Origin: a virus
IMG/VR virus record: IMGVR_UViG_3300035670_000030
Span: 79,731 to 143,730 of that record
Length of the DNA stretch: 64,000 nt
Reading direction: 5' to 3' (one strand)
How positions within the stretch are numbered: position 1 is the stretch's first letter; every line of letters starts with the position of its first letter. The position numbers were made by a program, and so were the translations under genes. The notes beneath the pieces are model-generated. The model saw only the letters and a list, made by a program, of their open reading frames with translations, was not told where the DNA came from and searched no databases. Below are positions 1 through 9,405 of the stretch, piece by piece.

Positions 1-116
1 CTATCCAGAAAAAAATGGAAGGTGCCGAAAATTGGTCTAGTATAAAAGATATATCTCCGTTATCGATGTTTACAATTATTAGCGGAATTAAAAATAAAAA
101 TAAAAAATCTATGTAA
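1..116 (+). CDS. 3' end of an unknown gene, truncated by the window edge
   Basis: Frame 3 is open from the window edge (IQKKMEGAENWSSIKDISPLSMFTIISGIKNKNKKSM) to TAA at 114-116, converging on the structural operon. Confidence 0.5.
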   Translation, partial: IQKKMEGAENWSSIKDISPLSMFTIISGIKNKNKKSM

Positions 117-1950
117 TTTTTGGTGGAAAGATATTATTTTTATCAAAATCATCTCTTTGCCACTCTAAGAGTTCAAAACTTGGCTGCTTAAGGTAACTAA
201 TTTTAAAAGTATTATTTATCTCTTTCTCAAAAGAGAGTTCTTTACAATCTTTATTGTCAAAGATAAATTCTTGTTCTTTTAGTCTAAATACTTCAATATC
301 AAATGAATTATTAGATAATTTTATTTGACATTTAGTTTTTTCAAATTCTAATTCTTTTTCTTCTTCTGCACAGTCACTAGTTTTATACTTTGGTGGATCA
401 ATCTGAATTGTATCACTAGTTGTTAAAATATAATTTATAGACATCGGATTAGTAGAACCTATTCTGTCATAATTATCGTTTGTTGTTGCTAATATGCTTG
501 CTGGACTCTCAGTATTTAGCATACTTACAATATCATCTTCTTCTAGTAATTTTAAAATATTCAACATTAATTCAGCATTTTGACCAACTGTATAAGAAGA
601 AGTTTGTGCGCTTGATGATGACGATGACGATGATGAACTACTTATATCTTCACATTCTGTATCTTCACAATTTTTATCTTTATCTATAATAGATCCGTAT
701 AAATATATTTCATGGTAAAGCTCAAAAAAACACATATATATTTTTTTACTTCTGATATAAAATAAGTCAGAAATGTAAAAATCTAAATATTGGTAAGTAG
801 AATCTACAATACTATTATTATTATTTATATTATATTTTGCAGATCCAAATTTAGTAAATTCTTTTTCAAAGTTTTTTTGTTTATCAACAATATCTGGTGT
901 TAAAGGGGATACTCCGCCAAGGTCATAAGTATGTTTATTAATTACAGATAAAACATTATCAATATTTCCAAAAATATCTGAAAAAGGATTTTGCGATATA
1001 ATGACAGGGTCATTTATAAATGTAGAGTTAAAATTAAATTTATTACTATTTTGAAAAATAGATTTAAATGCGTTTGAATCAAAAGCCCATTCATCTTTAA
1101 AGATCTTAGTATTTGAATTATAAAGTAATTCTTCTTTATTTTTATCTTCTTTAATATTAATAATGGTTTCATAATTTACAGAGTCAGCGCCTAATCTTTT
1201 TTGAAGCTCTTGAAAATCAAAAATTTTTGTAGAATTAAAATTTATATTATGTTTAATTTTTTGATTATATTCAATTGGTTTATACCATACTACTGTAGCT
1301 TCTATTCTAACATTTGCTCCTAATGTATCTACAGCTGTAAATGATAAGGTTGATAAAGGTGTTTTTGGAATTAAGTTCTGATTAAATGCTGATGCAGCAT
1401 TTCCATCTGTAATTTTTGTACCATTTAAATAGCCTATATCATCAGCCACACCAACTGCTTTAAAATATGTTGGACTACCATCTGGACTATTAAAAACTAT
1501 AGGCCCAGCAGTATCTCCAGCTTCCGCTCCACCATCTTTAAAATCTCTTTTACATTCCGGACATTCTGGTGAAAAATTATTTCCTTTTGATTCTATTTCT
1601 ATATCAGAATTAATTATAACACCTTTAATCATTTTATGAAATAGTCCTTTATATTTATAAAATTCTGTTTCTGGAATTATAAGATAATTTTTACAAAATT
1701 TATTTGGAAATTCTAATTTATCAAATAGTGTAGAACCATATTTATTTTTTTTATACCATTTAAAAACCTCTTCCTCAGTTTCAAATTCTTTCGGCTTTTC
1801 TACGCTTGAATCCGGATCTTTTTCTGCAAAAGACGCTCTAAAAAAATGAATTGGAACATCGCTTATACGCCTATCTATAGAAAATTCTGGACGATACCCA
1901 AAATTACTATAAATACCATGAAAAACATGTTTATTTATTTTTGTCGCCAT
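109..1950 (-). CDS. Putative tail-tip/virion protein with a poly-Ser tract
   Basis: 613 aa; last gene of the tail operon; shares a ~25-aa module with ORF 3593-6451. Confidence 0.55.
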   Translation of the reverse strand: MATKINKHVFHGIYSNFGYRPEFSIDRRISDVPIHFFRASFAEKDPDSSVEKPKEFETEEEVFKWYKKNKYGSTLFDKLEFPNKFCKNYLIIPETEFYKYKGLFHKMIKGVIINSDIEIESKGNNFSPECPECKRDFKDGGAEAGDTAGPIVFNSPDGSPTYFKAVGVADDIGYLNGTKITDGNAASAFNQNLIPKTPLSTLSFTAVDTLGANVRIEATVVWYKPIEYNQKIKHNINFNSTKIFDFQELQKRLGADSVNYETIINIKEDKNKEELLYNSNTKIFKDEWAFDSNAFKSIFQNSNKFNFNSTFINDPVIISQNPFSDIFGNIDNVLSVINKHTYDLGGVSPLTPDIVDKQKNFEKEFTKFGSAKYNINNNNSIVDSTYQYLDFYISDLFYIRSKKIYMCFFELYHEIYLYGSIIDKDKNCEDTECEDISSSSSSSSSSSAQTSSYTVGQNAELMLNILKLLEEDDIVSMLNTESPASILATTNDNYDRIGSTNPMSINYILTTSDTIQIDPPKYKTSDCAEEEKELEFEKTKCQIKLSNNSFDIEVFRLKEQEFIFDNKDCKELSFEKEINNTFKISYLKQPSFELLEWQRDDFDKNNIFPPKIT

Positions 1951-1954
1951 TTTA

Positions 1955-2530
1955 TTAAAAATTCAATCTGCCACCAGCAAATGGAACTGGATAAATAACT
2001 GGAACTCCGTCAAATACCATGTTACACATTAATAAATTCGTGTTAATATTTTGCATAATATAAGCAGTATTCACAGCACTTTCATTTCCAGGAAGACCAG
2101 CAACAGCTTCATCATCTGAGACAAAAACACCAATAATAATTCTTGCTTCAATTTGTCTTAAATTATCACCTGATTCAAAAGTTACTGGTTGTAGCTCGTT
2201 AACTGTTTTATCATCTGAAACCCAAATAATTCTGGCCTCTTGGGCTTGTAAATTATTAACAGATACTTTTAAAACACAATAATAATTTTCACCAGGAAAA
2301 GAACTTGGAACTTCTTGAGGAAAATCTAATCCTTCAATGGGAATTTTTAACCATTGTAAATATTTACTAGTTATTCCCATTCCAGTAAAAAGACGAGAAT
2401 GGTAATTAACTGCCAATGTATAAATAGGAGTTCCGTCTGAACGCGTGCCCTGTTTACCAATATCAATTTTAAACGGATGTGTTTGTCCAGCTGTAGGTCT
2501 AGTAATACCAATTTTATTATAATTCGACAT
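1955..2530 (-). CDS. Putative tail structural protein
   Basis: 191 aa, beta-rich, tightly packed in the tail operon. Confidence 0.5.
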   Translation of the reverse strand: MSNYNKIGITRPTAGQTHPFKIDIGKQGTRSDGTPIYTLAVNYHSRLFTGMGITSKYLQWLKIPIEGLDFPQEVPSSFPGENYYCVLKVSVNNLQAQEARIIWVSDDKTVNELQPVTFESGDNLRQIEARIIIGVFVSDDEAVAGLPGNESAVNTAYIMQNINTNLLMCNMVFDGVPVIYPVPFAGGRLNF

Positions 2531-2534
2531 AAAC

Positions 2535-3590
2535 TTATCCTTCTAAAATATCTGTGAAAAATATATTATTTCCACTAATAATATATTGGAATTTATTTCC
2601 AAAAATATTATATGGATTTGGTTTATATATTTCAATATTTAAGCCAGTATAGATTGTAGATTGATTTAATGGTATAATACCAGATCCTGAAAATTGACTA
2701 ATACCAGTATTAAAAGATATTGGAACGCCAGAATAATTTTGTGGGTTTCTCGGATCTTTAAACCCTGTTAATATTGTATAATTTCCACTAAAACTATCTT
2801 CCCAAAGAATACCTGATATATTTTTAAATAACTCTATAGGCTCTACTTGTTTAGTATAAAAACCAGAATTTTCAACAGTAATATTAAAAACGCCTGAAAA
2901 AGAACCAATCCAAGAATTAGCTCTTGGTCTATAACTTTCTCCGCCAGTAAAATATCTATTGTGAATTTTAATTGACTCTAAATTACTAGAGTCTCTATAA
3001 ATTCTAAGATCATTGCCATTTTCTCCTTCTCGTAAATAAGAAAATAAAAATAGTTTATTGTCTATTTGATAACCAGTAACCCCAACAATTGTTTGTAATA
3101 AAGTATATCCTTGATCATTAAATCCTCCTGTTGCTCCAGAATTTAAATTATTTAATAAATTTAAAGGAGAACTAAATTGACCTGGATTATCTGCTCCAGT
3201 ATTATAATAAAATAAGAAATCAGCTATACTTATATAATCTCCATTTTGAAGTCCAGACCCCGTATTATCTATAAATTCTATGATATTTTGAGCTGATTTA
3301 AAACCTGTAACATAATTAAGATAAACTCTTGTTTGTTGACCTGGATGAGTTAATTGTAAGTTTTGCCAAGTATATGAACCACTTCCATCTCCAATATAAC
3401 CATTTAAAACACCAGTTGTAAAATAAATAACTGGCTGTAATCCAGTTGGATTTAAAATAGTTCCAGTAAAAATTTGATTATCAAAAGAAGTAATATAACC
3501 ATGCCCACGATATGAATTGATTGTTGTATTTATACGGTTATCAATGGTATGATAAAAATCTACTTTTTTTATCCTAATAATCTCAGACAT
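2535..3590 (-). CDS. TG/SG-rich tail protein
   Basis: 351 aa with many TG/SG dipeptides, like neighbouring tail proteins. Confidence 0.55.
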   Translation of the reverse strand: MSEIIRIKKVDFYHTIDNRINTTINSYRGHGYITSFDNQIFTGTILNPTGLQPVIYFTTGVLNGYIGDGSGSYTWQNLQLTHPGQQTRVYLNYVTGFKSAQNIIEFIDNTGSGLQNGDYISIADFLFYYNTGADNPGQFSSPLNLLNNLNSGATGGFNDQGYTLLQTIVGVTGYQIDNKLFLFSYLREGENGNDLRIYRDSSNLESIKIHNRYFTGGESYRPRANSWIGSFSGVFNITVENSGFYTKQVEPIELFKNISGILWEDSFSGNYTILTGFKDPRNPQNYSGVPISFNTGISQFSGSGIIPLNQSTIYTGLNIEIYKPNPYNIFGNKFQYIISGNNIFFTDILEG

Positions 3591-3592
3591 AA

Positions 3593-6451
3593 TTATTTAT
3601 TAGTCAAGTTAATAATTTCGTCATCTTCTAAGAGTTTCAAAATATTTAACATCAATTCAGCGCTTTGCCCTACTGTGTAAGAAGAAAAAGATGAAGGTTC
3701 TTGAATTGACGAAGACGAAGATGAAGATGAGGACGATTGACAACATGGATCTAATTGGCATGGGCATGTTGGCGGATCTGATACTTTAACACACTGATAA
3801 CAAATATCATTACCTCCAGGACAATTAACAATTTGAGTTTGTGCTTTAAGATATCCTTTTTCAATAAATTTATCTAGTCTAAATGGAATTGGAGTTTTCC
3901 AAGCATTGACATCTGTACATTGTTTTGGATCACATACGAATAATTCAGCAGCCGGAAAGCTCATTTCTTCTTCGCAATTAAATGCTTGTTGCTGCCAACT
4001 AAATTCAGCTGGGTCAGCATCATTTGCGCAATTATAATTCAAACAACATACATCTCTATTATCATTAATTTCAGTACAGTCTGCATTTTTTTCTACATAT
4101 TGCCAACAAGGATTTTTAAAAACTACGTCTGGCAATCCTACTTCTTTTAAATTTTCACAGCAATCACAAATCGGGCATTTGCTCTCATTTTCTTTATAAT
4201 ATCTTCCACAAGATAGTTCTCTAAATGATTGCCATTCGGCTTCCATTGTGTAAGGTTCGCTAGATATGTTAAGTGTATAATTATTAAATTCTGACTGCCC
4301 ATCTTGACAACTACTCAACCTACTATTAATAGTACCATTTAATTTAGCAACTATAGATGGATTCAATGAGCTAGCACAAATTGTTCTAATAAAATCATCT
4401 GAAACCTCAATATCTGCAGTATTTTCAAGTAACCCCTGATTAATTCTACCACCTTGTCCTTGATAAGTTTTACCTAAAAATACAAATGACATTGTTAGAC
4501 TTGTATGGTCACATTCAATAGGACTACTTTTTCCAAGTACAGAAATTTTAACCTTATCTGTACTACAATAAGGAACTGCACTTACTATTTCTACAGTTGG
4601 GGGCATTTCACAACAACTATACTCTGGTGATGGTGTTGGGGTTGGAGTAGGTGTTGGGGTTGGAGTGGGTGTTGGGGTTGGAGTAGGTGTTGGGGTTGGA
4701 GTAGGTGTTGGGGAAGGTGACGGCGATGGTCCTGTAGTACAATCTGCTTGAGTAGTGCTATTATCAATAACAAAATCATTTTGAACAAGTTCTTCAACTT
4801 GAGCGATCTCATTGACAATATTAAAATTAACTTTTGAATCTACAAATAAAGCACAATCTGGAACTATGCTTGTGCAATAACATTGTCTAATTATAACAGA
4901 TGAAGTGCCTAATTGCGTTGGAGTTCCTTCTATTAAATTACTTTTTACTGTCGATAACGTTAATCCATTTGGTAAAGATCCACTTATAACACTCCAACTA
5001 TTTGGTAACAACCCAAAACTTCTCCACAAATTTTCTTCTAAATCAATTCCATGATCCACAAGACAGCCTGGGGTATTGATACTATTCACAATTAATAAAT
5101 TAGATGGAGTCCATCTAGGAGTATTTATTAAAAGATTTAATGTCTGTTCATTAGATAATCTTGCTAATGTTTGTAAATTAGGTGAGCTTGAACTAGAGCT
5201 CTCACCACCTCCACCGACACATTCAAATATTAATCTACTATTATCTACAGAATACAAATTTCCGGTAGAAGTAGGAGAATTTGTTATATTAATATTGACA
5301 AAAGAATCTCTATATATTAAGCATGGTGGATACAATCCAGTACAGTAACATTGACGTATTAATACTTTTCTACTTTCAGATTGTGTTGGTGTCCCTGTTA
5401 TAAGCCCAAATGCGCCAGTTGATAATGTTAAACCAGCAGGCAGGGAACCAGAAATTATATTCCAAGTATTTGGAACAAGACCAGTAGTTTGCCATAAATT
5501 ATTATTAGGAGCTATAAAACTAAAAAATACGTTACCAACTTGACCAGGTTGTAATACTGAAGGTAACTCATTTACCAACATTGGTTGATTTAAGACACCG
5601 CTTAAAGTTTGCTCATTTGTCAAAACAGAAACAAATGTTTTTAATGGGTCTATACTAGAACTCGAACTTGAGCTCGAACCCAAGCTCGAACTTGAACTCG
5701 AGCTACTTGAGCAAGTAGGACATATATCATTCAGGCCCCATTTATTATTTAAATATTCACATAATTGTAAACGTTCTTGACAAGTCATAGTTTTATTAAA
5801 AACCATTAACTCACCTAAATCATAACTATAACCTTCTTGAAAAATTCCCGATAAACCAATAGTACCACCAGGTTTTTGAGCATTAATTCTTTCATCATTA
5901 AGATATTGGAAATTATTTAAATTTTTTATCTGATTTAATTTTTTAAATGTGTTACCATTTCGGCCAAAGTAGTTGCTTCCACTATAAATCCATTGGTCAA
6001 CAATAAAATTTTCAGTACCCGTAAGACTTCCATAAGAATCAACAGCGAAACTAGGGCCTATAACCTTGTTACCAGAAGTATACATTCCTATAAAAACATT
6101 TGTTCCAGATCCGTTATCAATTGGCGTGTATACTGCTGCTAATTTTGATACGCCAGAAATACCAGAACATGGTAAAGAAAATGGTATTAATGGAATATCA
6201 TTTAATAGTTGAACATTATCCCATTTATGCACAAAAACTATATGTAATGGAATATTTAAATCAATTACTGGAAATTCTTCGTTAATTAATTCGCCACTAG
6301 AATTAATTCTAATAAAATCTATACCATTTCCAGAATAATAGCCAAATGATTGCGTGACACCAGCCATACCAGTTACGCCAGTCATTTTGAATAAGAAATT
6401 ATTCTCAGATTTATCTCTAATTCCTGAAATTGTACCAATAAAATTAACCAT
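3593..6451 (-). CDS. Multidomain tail fibre/adhesin-like protein (two Ig-like repeats, poly-Ser and Pro-Thr linkers, Cys-rich C-terminus)
   Basis: Duplicated W..ISGSLP.GLTLST...I.GTPTQ (putative-Ig/He_PIG-like) domains; (PT)n and Sn linkers; many Cys. Confidence 0.65.
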   Translation of the reverse strand: MVNFIGTISGIRDKSENNFLFKMTGVTGMAGVTQSFGYYSGNGIDFIRINSSGELINEEFPVIDLNIPLHIVFVHKWDNVQLLNDIPLIPFSLPCSGISGVSKLAAVYTPIDNGSGTNVFIGMYTSGNKVIGPSFAVDSYGSLTGTENFIVDQWIYSGSNYFGRNGNTFKKLNQIKNLNNFQYLNDERINAQKPGGTIGLSGIFQEGYSYDLGELMVFNKTMTCQERLQLCEYLNNKWGLNDICPTCSSSSSSSSSLGSSSSSSSSIDPLKTFVSVLTNEQTLSGVLNQPMLVNELPSVLQPGQVGNVFFSFIAPNNNLWQTTGLVPNTWNIISGSLPAGLTLSTGAFGLITGTPTQSESRKVLIRQCYCTGLYPPCLIYRDSFVNINITNSPTSTGNLYSVDNSRLIFECVGGGGESSSSSSPNLQTLARLSNEQTLNLLINTPRWTPSNLLIVNSINTPGCLVDHGIDLEENLWRSFGLLPNSWSVISGSLPNGLTLSTVKSNLIEGTPTQLGTSSVIIRQCYCTSIVPDCALFVDSKVNFNIVNEIAQVEELVQNDFVIDNSTTQADCTTGPSPSPSPTPTPTPTPTPTPTPTPTPTPTPTPTPSPEYSCCEMPPTVEIVSAVPYCSTDKVKISVLGKSSPIECDHTSLTMSFVFLGKTYQGQGGRINQGLLENTADIEVSDDFIRTICASSLNPSIVAKLNGTINSRLSSCQDGQSEFNNYTLNISSEPYTMEAEWQSFRELSCGRYYKENESKCPICDCCENLKEVGLPDVVFKNPCWQYVEKNADCTEINDNRDVCCLNYNCANDADPAEFSWQQQAFNCEEEMSFPAAELFVCDPKQCTDVNAWKTPIPFRLDKFIEKGYLKAQTQIVNCPGGNDICYQCVKVSDPPTCPCQLDPCCQSSSSSSSSSSIQEPSSFSSYTVGQSAELMLNILKLLEDDEIINLTNK
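4632..4713 (+). repeat. 18-bp tandem repeat (GGTGTTGGGGTTGGAGTR x ~4.5) encoding a Pro-Thr linker
   Basis: Units start at 4632, 4650, 4668, 4686, with a partial unit at 4704. Confidence 0.9.
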
Positions 6452-6523
6452 TTTTACCTTTTTCCTTATATATGTTACACTTAAAAAATATTATTATATA
6501 ATTTTAAAATTAAATATTTAATT

Positions 6524-9403
6524 TTATAAACTACTCGATGACGAAGTACTCGATAATGAGCTACTCGACGAATTTTCTAATATAATATCGTTATTTTCCG
6601 GATCTACCCATAAAGTATTTACGATTAAAGTCTCAGAACTTGACGAAGAACTACTCGATGACGAACTACTCGACAATGAACTGCTAGATGACGAACTACT
6701 CGAGGACGAACTAGAATTAAGATCTAAAAATAATATATTAGATGATCCTTCTGGATCTATCCATAAATTTGAACTAAATAATGATTCTGGTAAACTAGAA
6801 CTACTACTACTACTACTTGGGAATCCTGCGCAAGTAAAATAACGATTGTCACATTCGCTATCCCATTCAATTTCACAGCAAACAAAATCAGCATCAATAA
6901 CCTCCTGATAACAAATATTATTAGTGTCAATATAACTAGGAGGAATTACCGTGCAACCAAAAGAAGAACTAGAACTAGACGTAATATTTTTATTAAATAT
7001 AAATTTTAAAGATTTGCATCCAGTGATGATATCAAAATTTAAATTAAGATTACCAGTATTACTATAATTTTCATAAATTGTGTTATAATTATTATTATCT
7101 CTTGAAAATTGAAGTATTACTCCAGTTGGAATAAAACCACTCTCAAACTCAATATTAAACCCAGTAAAATCAAAAAATTTATTAGTAACAGAGTAACCTA
7201 AAAATAAATCATTATTTATATCTCCAGATATTTCTCCATAAGGATAAATATTTTTATTTTCATTAAAAGCATACCAAGCTGGATATGATAAAGAATCATT
7301 ACTATAAAAAACTTCCCCAGAAAAAGAATTATTATTTAAAATTCCCCCTGAAGGATTATTATATCCAGTTAAATTTGGAGCAACAGGATAAACAGAAAAA
7401 AATTCTGAATTATTTATAGTAACTGGTATTCCTGTGTATAACTCAATTTTTCTAAATCCTATTCCACTACTTGATTTTTGACCCGTAAAATTATGAGGCC
7501 AATTTTGTCCAGACTTAATTTCAATTCTAGCATAATTATAACTAGCATTATTATTAATTAATTGATCGGCATTATTACATTCTAGTATTATTTGTTGTGG
7601 ATATTCATAGAAATTTAAATCTTCACTTCTTAGAAAAAGCCCGTTACCAGACCGACTATCTATTGTTGTCCATGGGCCTTCTCTATTAATTGATAATTGT
7701 AAATCAAAATTATATGGATATTTTAAAGCATTAAAGTCTAACTCAAAAGAATAAAAAGATATTTTACTTTTTATTGATGGTTCATAAAATTTAAAGAATA
7801 TTCCTATATCGCCAGTATTTCCAGTTAAATAAAAATATTCATTACCAATAAATGCTTTATCTGACAAAGAGTTATTTTCAGATGCAAATCCACTTCCACC
7901 ATATATAAATAACCCCTCTTCTTGATTAATTATCGGATTTAACAAAACGCCAGTAGATTCGTTTATTATTATATTGCCTAAATTAATCTCTCCAGAATTA
8001 TTAGAAATTATATTTCCAAATAAAAGTCCTGTTAGTCCTACAATTTTATTTCCAGATCCAGTATAATTTAAACCAGTAATATTATTTGATTCCCAAAATA
8101 ATTTTTTATTATATAAAAAATAATCTCCAGTATAATAACCAGAACCAGTTAAACTTTGTAGTCCTGTTTTAATATTTATACTATTAAAATAAAAACCTGT
8201 TAGATTAATATTTCTTGTTTCTGAAAATAACCCGTACCCATAGACAAAACCAGTTAAGGGTGAATTTAAGAATCCTGTAGCTGTAATTAAAGTTCCTTCT
8301 GGAGAATTTCCTGTTCCACTAGCCCCAAGTAATGGCAAACGATATTGGTAATTAAGTTCTCCCGTGGCAAATTGTAGTTCTCTATAGCTTTCTGATAAAA
8401 TGCCTGTCGGAAATTGGTTATAGTAATCTCTTTCTAAAAAAGAAGTGCCTAAACCTGTTAAAACGCCAGTAATATAATCAAAACCATATATAAATCCAGA
8501 TGCGTTTCCACTTATAAAACCACTTGCGGCAAATTCTCCAAGAATTAATTCACCAGTATGCCCAGAAATATTTTTTATTAATATTGTTACGTTTAGTGGG
8601 TCTGGATATATCGTTCTTAATTCAAAATTATAATATTGCCCAAAAGTAAAATTATCAATAAGACCTGTTCCGCCAGTATAGCCTGTAAATAAATCAATAA
8701 AATAAACTGGCCCTGGAATCGAATCAAAAGAGATAGTATTTTGAATATTCCCAAAATTAGTATTTAAAAATAAAGTAGCTAAAGACGGAGTAACTTCATT
8801 AATACTAACTTGATCGTCAAATTCTGGTTTTAAAATTATTTGACCAGATTGATTTCCAGATATGATAAATAATGGTAAACTTTGGATTTCATAATCTGTA
8901 TTTTCATTAAATAAAGTGCCGCTAAAAATTCTAAAGGATTTTTGAGATTCATTTTCTAAATTCTTAATAACTCCAGTTAAGTTTTGTCCAAAAAAACCAC
9001 TTTTTGGAAAGATTATATTATAATTTGGCTTATCTCCTTGAATATAAAAATCGTATTCAATTTCAGAGCCAGTAGTTTTTACATAAAAATAATCATAGTA
9101 TGAATTGTCCAATTTCGGAGAAAATAAACATACTGGATTTTGATTTATAAAATAATTAATATATCCAGAACCAATATTTCCGGAAAAGCTTACTACTTCT
9201 CTTGGATTATAAGACCATACATATTTGTTATTAAAATCAAAAATATTTCCATCTTTAAAGGAGAAGATTTGTAATGTTTTTTCATCTCCTGAAAAACCAA
9301 TTTCTGAAACACCAGAACAAGTAGAATTTGTAGCATTAAATGAAAAAGAAAATTCATTTTGTGCTGCAAAATTTCTATACTGTATTCCAGAAGTAATAAT
9401 CAT
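6524..9403 (-). CDS. TG-rich tail protein with possible carbohydrate-binding (discoidin-like) domains and a Ser-rich tail
   Basis: 959 aa; P..F.LQ.S...WTTID motif typical of discoidin-like domains; C-terminal Ser tracts. Confidence 0.55.
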   Translation of the reverse strand: MIITSGIQYRNFAAQNEFSFSFNATNSTCSGVSEIGFSGDEKTLQIFSFKDGNIFDFNNKYVWSYNPREVVSFSGNIGSGYINYFINQNPVCLFSPKLDNSYYDYFYVKTTGSEIEYDFYIQGDKPNYNIIFPKSGFFGQNLTGVIKNLENESQKSFRIFSGTLFNENTDYEIQSLPLFIISGNQSGQIILKPEFDDQVSINEVTPSLATLFLNTNFGNIQNTISFDSIPGPVYFIDLFTGYTGGTGLIDNFTFGQYYNFELRTIYPDPLNVTILIKNISGHTGELILGEFAASGFISGNASGFIYGFDYITGVLTGLGTSFLERDYYNQFPTGILSESYRELQFATGELNYQYRLPLLGASGTGNSPEGTLITATGFLNSPLTGFVYGYGLFSETRNINLTGFYFNSINIKTGLQSLTGSGYYTGDYFLYNKKLFWESNNITGLNYTGSGNKIVGLTGLLFGNIISNNSGEINLGNIIINESTGVLLNPIINQEEGLFIYGGSGFASENNSLSDKAFIGNEYFYLTGNTGDIGIFFKFYEPSIKSKISFYSFELDFNALKYPYNFDLQLSINREGPWTTIDSRSGNGLFLRSEDLNFYEYPQQIILECNNADQLINNNASYNYARIEIKSGQNWPHNFTGQKSSSGIGFRKIELYTGIPVTINNSEFFSVYPVAPNLTGYNNPSGGILNNNSFSGEVFYSNDSLSYPAWYAFNENKNIYPYGEISGDINNDLFLGYSVTNKFFDFTGFNIEFESGFIPTGVILQFSRDNNNYNTIYENYSNTGNLNLNFDIITGCKSLKFIFNKNITSSSSSSFGCTVIPPSYIDTNNICYQEVIDADFVCCEIEWDSECDNRYFTCAGFPSSSSSSSSLPESLFSSNLWIDPEGSSNILFLDLNSSSSSSSSSSSSSLSSSSSSSSSSSSSETLIVNTLWVDPENNDIILENSSSSSLSSTSSSSSL

Positions 9404-9405
9404 AT

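Noticed and set aside
4632-4713. G-quadruplex/telomere-like repeat
   Set aside because: Fully explained by Pro-Thr codons on the minus strand.
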